Shown here in pieces: positions 47,676 through 60,218 of a stretch of DNA of 64,000 nucleotides (the first letter of the stretch is position 1; the number at the start of each line of letters is the position of its first letter). Source of the DNA: Phycisphaerae bacterium (GTDB taxonomy: Bacteria; Planctomycetota; Phycisphaerae; SM23-33); contig WRDM01000010.1 of assembly GCA_009783465.1 (NCBI GenBank), positions 2,660 to 66,659 of the forward strand. The letters are read 5' to 3'. The notes beneath the pieces are model-generated. The model saw nothing but the letters and a program-made list of their open reading frames with translations. It searched no databases and was not told the DNA's origin. A program made the position numbers and the translations under genes.

Positions 47676-49167
47676 ACGCCTCGGGCCTCAGCAGCGGGAA
47701 CAGCACCACGTCGCGGATGGACGTGGTGTTGGTCAGCAGCATGATGATGCGGTCGATGCCGATGCCCAGCCCGCCCGCCGGCGGCATGCCGTGACGCAAC
47801 GCCGTCACAAAATCCTCGTCCATCACCCGCATCGTCTCGCCGGCCGCCTCGCCGCGAACCTGCTCGCGGAAATTCGCCTCCTGCACCGCCGGATCGTTCA
47901 ACTCCGTGTACGCGTTGGCGATCTCCATGCCCGCCACGAAACACTCGAACCGAAACGCCACGCTCGGGTCCGCCGGGTCTCGCCGCGTCAGCGGACATAT
48001 CTCCGCCGGATAATCCAGCACGAACGTCGGATGGTCCAGCGCCGCCAGCGCCGGCTCCACGACGGCCTCGAAAATATCGTTCACCACCACGGCCAGGTCC
48101 TTGTTCGCCTCATCAAGCCGCAGCGCCCGCGCCTTGGCCCGGACCGCCGCGTCGTCCTTCCAGTCTACGCCCGCATGTTCCAAAACAAGGTCACGATATT
48201 TCCGCCGCGACCAGGGCCTGGAAAAATTAATCTCCCGCTCGCCGTACGCCAGCCGCTCCGAACCGCTCACCCGCTGCGCCGATTCCGTCACCAGCTCCTC
48301 CGTGATTTCCATCATCACGTTGTAGTCCGCGTAGGCCTGGTAGAGTTCCATCAGCGTGAACTCGGGATTGTGACGCGTGTCGATGCCCTCGTTGCGGAAA
48401 ACCTTCGCGAATTCGTACACGCGCTCCATGCCGCCAACCAACAGCCGCTTGAGATACAACTCCGGGCTGATCCGCATGAACAAATCAATGTCCAGCGCGT
48501 TGTGGTGCGTGGTGAAAGGCCGGGCGGCCGCGCCGCCATAAATGGATTGCAGCGTCGGCGTCTCCACCTCCGAAAACCCGCGCGCCTTGAGTAACTCGCG
48601 GAACGTCTCGATGATCTTGATCCGCTTCTGGAACACCGCCAGGCTGTCGGGATTGGTCATCAAATCCAGATAGCGCTGGCGATAGCGGGTCTGCACGTCG
48701 CTCAGGCCGTGCCATTTTTCGGGCATCGGGAGCTGGCTTTTGACCATCAGTTCGAGATTGTCGGCGAAGATGGTGATCTCGCCGGTCCGCGTTTTGTGGA
48801 GCAGTCCGCGGGCGGCCACGATGTCGCCGAGGTCGAGCAATTTGGCGAGTTTCCACTGCGTTTCGCCCAGGCCTGCCGGGGGTTTTTCGGGCTGATCCTT
48901 GCGGAGGCAGATTTGAATGCCCTTGGGATGGCTTTCGTCGCGAATATGGGCGAACATCATCTTGCCCATGTCGCGCAGCAGAATGATGCGCCCCGCCGCG
49001 TCGGCCCGCTGGTCGGGCGCGGGCTGGCCGTCGACTTCCTGGTAGCGGGCGAGAATCGCATCAATCCGCTCCGCCGCATAAGGCGCGCAAGGCCCGCACG
49101 GATCAATCCCCAACGTACGAATGGCCTCCAACTTGGCCAACCGATCTTCCTGTACCTTTTCCAGCAT
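47674..49167 (-). CDS. lysS: Lysine-tRNA ligase, class II
   Basis: RYRQRYLDL, EVETP, FRNEG..HNPEF, GLGIGIDR. Confidence 0.97.
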   Translation of the reverse strand: MLEKVQEDRLAKLEAIRTLGIDPCGPCAPYAAERIDAILARYQEVDGQPAPDQRADAAGRIILLRDMGKMMFAHIRDESHPKGIQICLRKDQPEKPPAGLGETQWKLAKLLDLGDIVAARGLLHKTRTGEITIFADNLELMVKSQLPMPEKWHGLSDVQTRYRQRYLDLMTNPDSLAVFQKRIKIIETFRELLKARGFSEVETPTLQSIYGGAAARPFTTHHNALDIDLFMRISPELYLKRLLVGGMERVYEFAKVFRNEGIDTRHNPEFTLMELYQAYADYNVMMEITEELVTESAQRVSGSERLAYGEREINFSRPWSRRKYRDLVLEHAGVDWKDDAAVRAKARALRLDEANKDLAVVVNDIFEAVVEPALAALDHPTFVLDYPAEICPLTRRDPADPSVAFRFECFVAGMEIANAYTELNDPAVQEANFREQVRGEAAGETMRVMDEDFVTALRHGMPPAGGLGIGIDRIIMLLTNTTSIRDVVLFPLLRPEA

Positions 49168-49229
49168 CGATGTCCCTTTGAAAGCGTTCTATCTTCGCGT
49201 GTGATGGAGGGGAAGTCAAGGAAGGCGTA

Positions 49230-49337
49230 GTGACAAGCGACAAGAGCAGGAACATCGTGCCTTTTAACACGATCGCTTTGTGCGAGAACATGGAAAAAGA
49301 CAGGCATCTCCTTCTCTTGTCACTTGTCTCTTGTCCC
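49230..49337. repeat. GACAAG heptamer-arm palindrome
   Basis: GTGACAAGCGACAAGAG ... CTCTTGTCACTTGTCTCTTGTC. Confidence 0.7.
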
Positions 49338-49392
49338 TATGTCTTTACCGCCTCCTGTGGTATGATTACCCGTGCTACTAAGGAGCGAACAG

Positions 49393-50390
49393 ATGGTTGT
49401 GATTATGCAGCCCGGCGCGGGCGAGAGTGAGATTTCCGGCGTGGTGGAAGCGATTCAGTCGTACGGCATGGACGCCCACATCAGCCGCGGCAAGGAACGG
49501 ACGATTATCGGCATCATCGGCGACGAGCGCGAAGTGAACTTCGACTCCATCGCCAGCCTGGTCGGCGTCGAGAAGGCCATGCCCATTCTCAAGCCGTATA
49601 AGTACGTCAGCCGAAACGTCAACGATCAGGACAAAATCATCGACGTCGGCGGCGTGCGGATCGGCAAGGACATGATCTTCGCCGCCGGGCCTTGCAGCGT
49701 GGAAGAAGAGGACACGACGCTGCGCATCGCCGACGAGGTGAAAAAGGCCGGGGCGCAGTTCTTCCGCGCCGGCGCGTACAAGCCGCGCACCAGCCCGTGG
49801 AGTTTTCAGGGCCTGCGCGAAAAAGGGTTGGAAATCCTCTCTAAGTCCGCGCCAAAACGGGCCTGCCGATCATCACCGAAGTGATCGACTCTGCCGACAT
49901 CAAACTCGTCGGAGAACACACGGATATCTACCAGGTCGGCATGCGGAACATGCGGAACTACACGCTGTTGGCCGAGCTGGGCAAAACCGGCAAGCCCGTC
50001 CTGCTCAAACGCGGCGACAGCGCGAAGCTGGAAGAATGGCTGGCCGCGGCCGACTACATCTATCGCAACGGCAACGAGAACATCATCCTGTGCGAGCGGG
50101 GCATTCGGACGTTCGAGGACTACACGCGCAACACGCTGGACCTCGCCGCGGTGGCCGCCGCCCGCAACGAATCCTGTCTGCCGATCTTCGTCGACCCCAG
50201 CCACGGCACAGGCCGCGTCGAACTGGTCCGCCCGATGAGCCTGGCCTCGATCGCCGCCGGCGCGAGCGGACTGCTGCTGGAAGTCCACTTCGACCCGCAA
50301 AAAGCCTGGTCCGACGGCAAGCAAACCGTCACGCCGGCCGTGCTGAAAAAAATTATCGACGATTGCCGCCACATCGCGGGCGTGGGATAG
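49393..50390 (+). pseudogene. aroF: DAHP synthase (type I-beta) with a 1-nt frameshift at about 49845
   Basis: AGPCSVE and KPRTSPWSFQG in one frame; LLKRG, CERGIRTF, DPSH in the other; one added G restores EILSKVRAKTGLPIITEV. Confidence 0.85.
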
Positions 50391-50405
50391 GGCGAGAGTT
50401 TTTTC

Positions 50406-50527
50406 AAGGACATCTTTCTTTTACCACAGAGACACAGAGAACCACAGAGGGAAGAAGGAAGCCACCATCGGCTTCCTTCTTCCCTCTGTGGTTCTCTGTG
50501 TCTCTGTGGTAAAAGAAAGATGTCCTT
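50406..50527. repeat. Perfect 58-bp-arm family H palindrome with 6-nt loop
   Basis: 50406-50463 is the exact reverse complement of 50470-50527. Confidence 0.95.
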
Positions 50528-51814
50528 TTAGAACACCACCTGCAACCGCAGTCCACCGACGAGGGCGTCGCGGTTTTCGCCGCCGGCGTGGGTGATGTGC
50601 TGGAGGCCCGGCGTGAGCATCAGCCAGGGGGTGATCTGGACGTTGTAGAACAGTTCCAGGGCCGTCTCGCGGCGGCGGTCGAAGCCGAAGTCGCGGTTGA
50701 GGCAGCCGCTGGCGATGCCGATGCCGATCACGTCGTTGTCGCGGGTGGGGATCAGGCCCTGGTAGCTCAGGCCGGCGCTGTAGAACTGGCGGGTCGGGCT
50801 GACGTCGCCGTCGGCCAGGCCGAATCGGCCGAAGACGCCCAGGCCTTGCTTGTCGTTCTTGTCGTCGTTTTCCTTGAAGATCATCTGGTCGAAGTTGGCG
50901 TACAGGCCGACGTCGTTTCGTTTGACGTCGCCGGCGAACGTCAGCTTCGGCTGCGGGTCATACCACATACCGACGCGATAGCCGCCGGGCATCGGGCCAT
51001 TGGGGGAGTCGAACTTCGGTGTGACGCCCACTTCGGCCATCGCGATCACGCGCGTGTCGTGTTTGAAGGCCGAGGCAAAGCCGGTCGTCCTTCGGTCGGC
51101 CTGCGAGTCCGCAACGCCCAACAGCACGTACACCTCATCGACAGGTGAGATGTACAGAACCGTGCCCAGGCCCTGCTCGGGGAACGGAATCAGCGGGTTG
51201 ATGACGAGCGCGCCGTTGAGGAATTGCGTCTTCTCGCAGTTGGCGTAGGCGTTGGTGTCGAACCACATGGGATGGCTGCTGCCGTCGCCGGGGCCGCCCG
51301 TCAGGTCGATCTTACCGGCACGAATCCGGATGCGGTCGTCGAGGAGCCGCTGCTGGTACCATAACTCCAGCAGGTCGATCGAACGATAGCCGCGGGCGCC
51401 GCCGTTGACGTTGGACAGGCTGCCCACCGAAGGCCCGTCGATGCCTTCCGACCAGCTTCCGCCGGCCAGGGCGTACACGCTGCCGCCGGGGATGAACTTG
51501 AGCTTGTCAAAGTCCACCATGAGTTCCAGATTGTAGTACCCGCTGTATCGGCCGGCCTTGCGATGCGTGCTCAGGCCGCCGTGAAAATTCTGCTGATACA
51601 CGTTGATGACGGTCAGATTGACGTCGAGGCCTTTGTCGGAGGCCTGGTCGCGGCAGTCGAACCAGCCATCCATCAGCCGGTCGCGCTCCCATATGCTGGG
51701 CGTTTCGGAGGAAGTCGTCGCGGTCGAGGCCGTCTCCTCGGCCTGGGCGTGACAAATCGAAGGCGTTGCCAGCAATAAAACCGTTACCAGTGCGTAGAAC
51801 CCATAGCGTGTCAT
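50528..51814 (-). CDS. Carbohydrate porin, OprB family
   Basis: Signal peptide; ELWYQQ..DDRIRIRAGKID; ELFYNVQITPWLMLTPGLQ; terminal F. Confidence 0.88.
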   Translation of the reverse strand: MTRYGFYALVTVLLLATPSICHAQAEETASTATTSSETPSIWERDRLMDGWFDCRDQASDKGLDVNLTVINVYQQNFHGGLSTHRKAGRYSGYYNLELMVDFDKLKFIPGGSVYALAGGSWSEGIDGPSVGSLSNVNGGARGYRSIDLLELWYQQRLLDDRIRIRAGKIDLTGGPGDGSSHPMWFDTNAYANCEKTQFLNGALVINPLIPFPEQGLGTVLYISPVDEVYVLLGVADSQADRRTTGFASAFKHDTRVIAMAEVGVTPKFDSPNGPMPGGYRVGMWYDPQPKLTFAGDVKRNDVGLYANFDQMIFKENDDKNDKQGLGVFGRFGLADGDVSPTRQFYSAGLSYQGLIPTRDNDVIGIGIASGCLNRDFGFDRRRETALELFYNVQITPWLMLTPGLQHITHAGGENRDALVGGLRLQVVF

Positions 51815-51933
51815 CGTAATTCTCCTTATTCCTTTGTAGGGGAATTTCCGTAGTTGCCGGTAGTATCGGCATGGCTGCGCGTTTTACTAGAGAAAATTTA
51901 ATTTTTTGTTAAAGTCGGCAGGAGGAGCGGCGC

Positions 51934-52998
51934 ATGAATAAACAGGAACGGATGCACGCGTTTTGGGCCGGCGAGAGGCCCGACGTGGTGCCGCTGTCGA
52001 TTTACGGCTGGTTTTTGGACGAATATCGCGGCGGCGCCCTCGGTCGCGATCCGCTGATGCAGCAATTCCTCCGCGAGGGCGAACTGATCGGTTATTACAA
52101 TCTCTCGCCGTCGGTGACGCGGTTCACGTCCAACGACGTCGTGCCGTTCCGCGAGAGTTTTGACCAGGACGGCAGGCCCTGGATCCGCCATGGCTTCCGC
52201 ACGCCGGTGGGCGAAATTTTTGCCCTCGACGACGCCGGTTGGCGGCAGAAATATCTGCTCGAAAAGGCCGACGATTACCGCGTGATGGCGTATGTGCTCG
52301 AACGGCTGGAAATCTCGCCCGATTACGAGGGCTTCCGCCAAGCCCTCGCCAGGCTGGGGCCGGGTTGCATCGGCGGGAGCATGATCGGTCGCACGCCGTT
52401 GCAGACGATCCTCGTGGATTACACGGGGCTGGAAAATTTTTCGGAGCACCTGTACGAGTGTCCCGACGCGATGCGGCTGTTGTACGACGTGCTGCTGAAA
52501 AATTTCCGCCGCCAGGTGGAAATCGCCGCCGGCGCGCCGGGGCCTTACGTGGAAGTGCTGGAAAATTTCACGTCCGAGACGATGGGGCCGGGACGGTTCG
52601 CGGAATTTACGCTGCCGGTGTATCGCGAGCTGTTTCCGCAACTGCACGCGGCGGGGAAAATCGTCGGCGTGCACTACGACGGCAAACTCGACAGTTGTAA
52701 GGACCTCATCGCCGAGGCGCCAGTCGACCTGATCGAAAGCCTCACCGAGCCGCCCGAGGGCGACATGACGCTCGCCCAGTGCCGCGCCGCCTGGCCGACA
52801 AAACTCTTCTGGGTCAACCTCAACCTGAGCGACTACGATCGCGACGACGCCTCCCTCCGCCGACGCGTGCTGGAGGCCGTCGCCGCCGGCGGTGTCAACG
52901 GCCGCCAACTCGCGATCGAAATCTCCGAGGATGTCCCGCCACAATGGCGGGAAAAAATCCCCGTCATTTTGTTGGCGCTGGAAGAGACTCGCGGGTAG
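51934..52998 (+). CDS. Uroporphyrinogen decarboxylase-family (URO-D-like) protein
   Basis: MNKQERM..FWAGERPDVVP, MGPGRFAEF, HAAGKIVGVHYDG, PPEGD. Confidence 0.75.
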   Translation: MNKQERMHAFWAGERPDVVPLSIYGWFLDEYRGGALGRDPLMQQFLREGELIGYYNLSPSVTRFTSNDVVPFRESFDQDGRPWIRHGFRTPVGEIFALDDAGWRQKYLLEKADDYRVMAYVLERLEISPDYEGFRQALARLGPGCIGGSMIGRTPLQTILVDYTGLENFSEHLYECPDAMRLLYDVLLKNFRRQVEIAAGAPGPYVEVLENFTSETMGPGRFAEFTLPVYRELFPQLHAAGKIVGVHYDGKLDSCKDLIAEAPVDLIESLTEPPEGDMTLAQCRAAWPTKLFWVNLNLSDYDRDDASLRRRVLEAVAAGGVNGRQLAIEISEDVPPQWREKIPVILLALEETRG

Positions 52999-53031
52999 GG
53001 CGGCTGCGCCCTCGTGACGTAACGGTAAAAT

Positions 53032-53172
53032 CATGTCGTTTGTTCGAGGGGATGTTTTCGTTAACTCGTTGACTCGTTAACTGGTTGACTGGTTGACTGG
53101 TGGGGTTTTTCGAGTTTACGAATTAACGAGTCAACGAGTTAACGAAAACATCCCCTCGAACAAACGACCATG
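53032..53172. repeat. Family G octamer palindrome
   Basis: TCGTTTGTTCGAGGGGATGTTTTCGTTAACTCGTTGACTCGTTAA mirrored at the right end. Confidence 0.9.
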
Positions 53173-53274
53173 TTTATCCAGACGTCGCGAGAGCACATCC
53201 GCCTGAACAAGCCCATATCATCCACCCTCGCCGTCTGGTATCGTAGGGGTTTACGCACGCGGAGTCATGAGGCT

Positions 53275-55197
<1,923 letters not shown>

Positions 55198-55212
<15 letters not shown>

Positions 55213-55362
55213 CCAATAGCCAGTAGCCAATAGGTACGGATCGCTATGGGCGAAAAGGCAGTGAAAGCGGAAACAAACATGGAGATAATGTAAGGATATG
55301 ATCGTGTGAGTTGTGGCAGGCTTGTCCATACCTGATGGCTACTGGCTAATGGCTATTGGCTG
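55198..55362. repeat. Family A element that supplies the ABC-F stop
   Basis: GCCAGTAGCCAATAGCCAGTAGCCAATAGGTA ... TACCTGATGGCTACTGGCTAATGGCTATTGGCT. Confidence 0.9.
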
Positions 55363-55382
55363 TTTTTTCGAAAGGATTTCCC

Positions 55383-55922
55383 ATGCACACAGAGCATCCC
55401 GGCCCCGTCGAGTTGCGAATGTCGGCCGGCGGCGAGCGGTTGATGTTGGAGCTGTTTCCGCTGCCGCTGTTGCCCAGTGCGGCGGTGGCGTTGCTGGGCG
55501 CGGGGCTGCTGGTGTGGATTCCGTGGGCGTTGCAGGGCTGGCGGGTGCCGGTGGGAGAGTTCGTGATGTTTGTGCCGCGTGAGGCGGTGTCGGCGGTGGT
55601 GGTGGCCTCGCTGCTGGCGGGCGGGGCGTTGTTGTCGTTCGGGCTGGCCGGCCTGTGGTCGGCGATCGCGGGCGGGCCCGTGACGTTCGACCGCACAGCC
55701 GGCAGCTTCTGGCGAGGCGGACGCCGCCAATCCACACGCCACGCCAAACCCCTGGCCGACATCCGCCACGTGCGACTCGACCGCCACGGCAATCTCAGCC
55801 GACTCCTCATCGAAACCGACGACGCCACACTCACCCTCGCCAGCGACACCCACGCCGAAGCCGTCGCCCTGCCCGGAAGACAACTCGCCGAATTCCTCAA
55901 CCTCCCCCTGGCGGGACAGTGA
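55383..55922 (+). CDS. Hypothetical membrane protein
   Basis: Two hydrophobic segments, then VTFDR...LADIRHVRL...QLAEFLNLP. Confidence 0.65.
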   Translation: MHTEHPGPVELRMSAGGERLMLELFPLPLLPSAAVALLGAGLLVWIPWALQGWRVPVGEFVMFVPREAVSAVVVASLLAGGALLSFGLAGLWSAIAGGPVTFDRTAGSFWRGGRRQSTRHAKPLADIRHVRLDRHGNLSRLLIETDDATLTLASDTHAEAVALPGRQLAEFLNLPLAGQ

Positions 55923-55924
55923 GA

Positions 55925-56079
55925 GGCAGCCAGTAGCCAATAGCCAGGAGCCAGCAGGTGTGGAAAGACAAGGGCGAAAAAGGCAATGAATGCGGCAATG
56001 ATTGTTGTACAGCGAAGAATTTTGATCGTGTGAAGAACAATAAAGTTCGCCATACCTACTGGCTATTGGCTACTGGCTT
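55925..56079. repeat. Family A element
   Basis: GCCAGTAGCCAATAGCCAGGAGCCAGCAGG ... TACCTACTGGCTATTGGCTACTGGCT. Confidence 0.88.
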
Positions 56080-56169
56080 GTCTCCCTCGAACGAATCGCT
56101 CGCTCACGCCACGCGATCGGAAACCCACAGGCCCTTCCACGCATCGCCGCGGGATGGTACATTCATTCC

Positions 56170-57321
56170 ATGCCAAGCACTCACGTACGACAACACAGGA
56201 TTGCCACCGCCCGGCGGGTGGTGGTGAAGGTGGGCACGAACTCCATCACCGGCGAGAACGGGCGGCTGGACCACGCCGTGCTGGGCGATTTCGCGCGGCA
56301 GATCGCCGAGGTCGTCCACCAGGGCCGCGAAATCATCCTTGTCGCCAGCGGCGCGGTCGGCGCGGGGTTGGCCGAACTCGACTTACCAGGCCGTCCGCGC
56401 GAACTGCCCATGCTCCAGGCCACCGCCGCCGTCGGGCAAGGCCGGCTGATGCAGGCATTCTACGAAGCGTTTGGCCGACACGACGTGAAAGTCGCTCAGG
56501 TGCTCGTCACGCGGGACGCCTTTGAGGACCGCCGGCGATACCTCAATATCCGCAACACGCTCACGACGCTCGCCCGGCTCGGCGTACTGCCGATTCTCAA
56601 CGAAAACGACGCCGTCGCCGTCGACGAAATCCGCTACGGTACCGACGTCTTTTCCGCCAAGTTCGGCGACAACGACGTCATCGCCGCCCACGTCGCCAAC
56701 ATGCTCGACGCCGACGTCCTCGTCCTGCTCTCCAACGTCGACGGCGTGCTCGACAAAGGCGCCGTCCTCGACGTCATCGAGCAGGTCAACGACGACGCCC
56801 TCTCCGTCGTCTCCGCCACGCGAAGCAAACTCGGCTCGGGCGGCATGGGTTCGAAAATGCGGGCCGGCGGCATGGTCACGTCCGCCGGCAATGTCGCCGT
56901 CATCGCCAACAGCCGCACGAGCGACGTCCTGCCCCGCCTGCTGGCGGGCGAAAAACTCGGCACCGTGTTCGTGCCCGCGTCGCGGCGAATGTCAAGCCGC
57001 CGGCGGTGGATCGGGCAGACCTCGCGCACAGCGGGAAAAATCCTCGTCGACGCCGGCGCCGCCGCCGCACTCCGCCAACGCGGCAAAAGCCTCCTCCCCT
57101 CAGGAATCCTCGCCGTCAGCGGTTCCTTCGCCAGCGGCGCCGTCGTCGACATCCTCGACCCCGCGGGACAATCCGTCGCGCGAGGCGTCGCCAACTTCTC
57201 CGCCGACGACATCGACCGCATCAAGGGCATGAAAAGCGCAAGCATCCTCAAACTCCTCGGCGACAACGCCGCCACCGAGGTCGTCCACCGAAACAACATG
57301 ACCCTGGCCGAGGCCACCTGA
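56170..57321 (+). CDS. proB: Glutamate 5-kinase with PUA domain
   Basis: VVKVGT, SGAVGAG, NENDAV, FGDND, GSGGM, VDAGA. Confidence 0.95.
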   Translation: MPSTHVRQHRIATARRVVVKVGTNSITGENGRLDHAVLGDFARQIAEVVHQGREIILVASGAVGAGLAELDLPGRPRELPMLQATAAVGQGRLMQAFYEAFGRHDVKVAQVLVTRDAFEDRRRYLNIRNTLTTLARLGVLPILNENDAVAVDEIRYGTDVFSAKFGDNDVIAAHVANMLDADVLVLLSNVDGVLDKGAVLDVIEQVNDDALSVVSATRSKLGSGGMGSKMRAGGMVTSAGNVAVIANSRTSDVLPRLLAGEKLGTVFVPASRRMSSRRRWIGQTSRTAGKILVDAGAAAALRQRGKSLLPSGILAVSGSFASGAVVDILDPAGQSVARGVANFSADDIDRIKGMKSASILKLLGDNAATEVVHRNNMTLAEAT

Positions 57322-57349
57322 CAATGGGAGGCGTCAACCGATTTCGCGT

Positions 57350-58474
57350 TCACCGCGGCGGCTTGCCCGCGACAGGCTTTAACACACCCAGGCCGGCTTC
57401 CATGACGACCCGCTGGCCGTCATGACTGATCAGCCAACCGACGATCTTTCGCGCGGGGCTGTCCGCCGGCTCGTCCTTGCGAATGACCGCGAAATACCCC
57501 ATGACCAGTTTGTATTCCTTCGATGCGATCGTCTCCGCTGTTGGCGTCACGCCGTCCACCGCGAGCATCTTGATATCGAGCGGCTTGTTGCCGACCCGAT
57601 GCCAGATCTGCATGCGCTGCACATAATAGAATACCGAATATCCCAGCGCATAAATATTTTCTCTCGGATCGTTCATGCGAATAACATGATCCTCCATCAT
57701 TTCAATGATGCGAATCATTCCGCCGACCATAAAAGGCTCCTGGGCGATTTCAGGACGCACGGCCTTTCCTCGCAATACCAGATTTTCCATCTGGGCATGA
57801 GAGCCGGAATCCCTGTTGCGGCTGAGTGGTATAATTCGGCCGCTTTTTCCGCCCAGGTCGGCCCAGTTCGTGATCGTTCCGTCGGAATAGATGTTCACGA
57901 TCTGCTCCACCGTAACGGAATCCACGGGATTTTTCCCCGACGTGATAAACACCAGGCCTTCCATGCCGATCGGTATATATTCCAATTCCACGCCCGCGGC
58001 GATGGCCTGTTGTTTCACGTCGTCCGACGGGTCGGGAACAATAATCAAATCGACCTTGCCGGCAATGAGTTTTTCATAGGACGCGACCGTCTTGGCCGCT
58101 TCCGTGGGCATTCCGAGATACCCCCCGTCGCGTGGGGGCATTCTGGTGTCGTCGTCAAAGAGCACGCCCTCATCGCTGCTCTCCATGGCGATCGGATTGA
58201 ACATGTTACAATAGATTCCCTGCACCAGCGGCAACGTGGAAGTCGAACCGTCGATGAACGGGTAGTTCTCCGACGTGATGCCTATGGCCGTCGCCAACTC
58301 CGACGGGGCCAGCGGCACCGCGCGCTTCGTCGTGACCCGTGTGGTCGGCAGATCTGTTGTTGACGCCGTGTCCGTTACGTCAGGCGATTCTGTTGTTAGT
58401 GTGCATGCCGGAAGGAGTACGATCATCATCAATACCATCATTGCCAAAACAATAGTTTTGTCTTGCATGTTCAT
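57350..58474 (-). CDS. PstS-like phosphate-binding lipoprotein
   Basis: LPAC lipobox; YPFIDGSTSTLP, EGLVF, RNRDSGS; lower GC. Confidence 0.78.
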   Translation of the reverse strand: MNMQDKTIVLAMMVLMMIVLLPACTLTTESPDVTDTASTTDLPTTRVTTKRAVPLAPSELATAIGITSENYPFIDGSTSTLPLVQGIYCNMFNPIAMESSDEGVLFDDDTRMPPRDGGYLGMPTEAAKTVASYEKLIAGKVDLIIVPDPSDDVKQQAIAAGVELEYIPIGMEGLVFITSGKNPVDSVTVEQIVNIYSDGTITNWADLGGKSGRIIPLSRNRDSGSHAQMENLVLRGKAVRPEIAQEPFMVGGMIRIIEMMEDHVIRMNDPRENIYALGYSVFYYVQRMQIWHRVGNKPLDIKMLAVDGVTPTAETIASKEYKLVMGYFAVIRKDEPADSPARKIVGWLISHDGQRVVMEAGLGVLKPVAGKPPR

Positions 58475-58487
58475 GTTCCACTATATA

Positions 58488-58980
58488 CGGGTGTGCCCAC
58501 ATTTTCTGGCACAGGGCGAGTCGTTGGTTTTTCGTCGAAAACAACCGCTTGCCTTCCCTGGCCTCGCGCGGAAACGCCGGGTCGTAGCCCCAACGGGGCG
58601 TCTTGGGTAGCCCAGGGTGAGCGGTACGCCGCGAACCCTGGGACGAGGTTCGCTGTTCGTTTTTCATCGTGCCTGACGCCACTGGCCGAGGTCGCGCACG
58701 CGGGCCTGCACGACTTCGAACGACACGAACAAGGGAATATGCGAGTCGTTCGAAGCCGTGTTCGCGCGACGGTGCGACTTCGGCCAGTGGCGCCAGGCAC
58801 GATGAAGGAATTCGTACAACACTCGCAATCCCAGGGTTCGCCGAGTACGGCTCACCCTGGGCTACCCAAGACGCCCCGTTGGGGCTGCGACCCGGTGTTT
58901 CCGCGAAGGGCTGGGGAGGATAGCCGGTTATTTTCGACGTGAAAACCATACGGATGACCTTGTGCCAGATATTTTTTCGC
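58488..58980. repeat. Family C palindrome flanked by 11-bp direct repeats
   Basis: Long mirrored arms; TCCACTATATA at 58477-58487 and 58981-58991. Confidence 0.88.
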
Positions 58981-59049
58981 TCCACTATATAACCATACAA
59001 CGGACATACCAACGCCGCGAAGTTCTCGTCACTCGTCACTTATTATTCA

Positions 59050-60171
59050 TTATTTCGACGTTTTTCTCGCGAAAAGGTTGCCGGGTTGTTGTTTGACCGC
59101 GCCTTTGATGACGAGCATGGTCATGGCCGCGGTGGCGCGGGCGGTTTCGAGGTTGGTTGCGCGGACGAGTTCGTCGAGGGTGCGCGGGGCGGCGGCGAGG
59201 GCGTCCCAGATCCGTTGTTCGGTCGCGTCCATGTTGGCGGGCGCGAACGGCAGCGTGGGTTCGGCGGCCTTGGCGTCGGTGAGCGACTGGCCCACCGGGC
59301 CGAGGTGTTCGAGCACGTCGTCGAGCCCCTGCGTGAGGATCGCGCCGTTGCGGATGAGGTCGTTGGCGCCCTGGCTGGTGGGGGAGTCCACGCGTCCTGG
59401 GATGGCGAAGACGGTTTTGCCCTGTTCGGCGGCCTCACGGGCGGTGATGAGCGAGCCGCTGCGCCGGGCGGCTTCGACGATCAGCACGCCCAGCGACAGG
59501 CCGGAGATGATGCGGTTCCGTGTGGGGAAATTTCCCGCCAGCACCGCCGTCCGCATGGGCAGTTCGCTGAGGAGCGCCCCGCGGCCGTCGCGGACGATGG
59601 ACTCGAAAAACTCGCCGTTTTCCGGCGGAAAGTGCGTGCAAAGTCCGCAACCCATGACGGCGACGGTTCGGCCTCCCGCCTGCAACGCGCCGCGATGGGC
59701 GGCGGTGTCGATCCCCCGCGCCCCGCCGCTGATGAGCGTCAGCCCCGCCTGCCCGAGCAGTTCGCCAAACCGCTGCGCCTGCTCCAGTCCGTAATGCGTG
59801 CACCGACGCGACCCCACCACGCCCAGCGACACCGCGTCGCTCTCCCGCAGCGACCCGCGAACGTACAGCACCGCCGGCGGATCGTCGATGTGCTTGAGCG
59901 ACAGCGGATACTCCACGCTCTCCTGCGTCAGCACGCGGGCGCCCGCACGCTCCGCCACGGCCAATTCGTCGTCGACGTCCTTGTCGGTGATCGCGGAAAT
60001 GGCCGCAACGATCTTCTCGCCAATGTGCGGCACGCGAAGCCACTCCGCCGGCCCCGCCGCCAGCACGGCCTCGGCGCTGCCGAACGCCTTGACCAACCGA
60101 AGATACGTCACCGCCCCGACCCCGTCGGCCAAATGCAGTCGCAACACCGCACGTACATGTGAATCGCCCAT
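59050..60171 (-). CDS. dprA: DNA processing protein DprA
   Basis: PAVLYVRG, VVGSRR, SGGARGID, FPTRNRIISG, SGSLITA. Confidence 0.95.
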   Translation of the reverse strand: MGDSHVRAVLRLHLADGVGAVTYLRLVKAFGSAEAVLAAGPAEWLRVPHIGEKIVAAISAITDKDVDDELAVAERAGARVLTQESVEYPLSLKHIDDPPAVLYVRGSLRESDAVSLGVVGSRRCTHYGLEQAQRFGELLGQAGLTLISGGARGIDTAAHRGALQAGGRTVAVMGCGLCTHFPPENGEFFESIVRDGRGALLSELPMRTAVLAGNFPTRNRIISGLSLGVLIVEAARRSGSLITAREAAEQGKTVFAIPGRVDSPTSQGANDLIRNGAILTQGLDDVLEHLGPVGQSLTDAKAAEPTLPFAPANMDATEQRIWDALAAAPRTLDELVRATNLETARATAAMTMLVIKGAVKQQPGNLFARKTSK

Positions 60172-60218
60172 AACCGCTCCCGTTCGGAGGTATTGTAAAA
60201 TGGCGTACACGCAGTCAC

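Noticed and set aside
49831-49860. Programmed -1 frameshift in aroF
   Set aside because: No X XXY YYZ slippery site or clear stimulator
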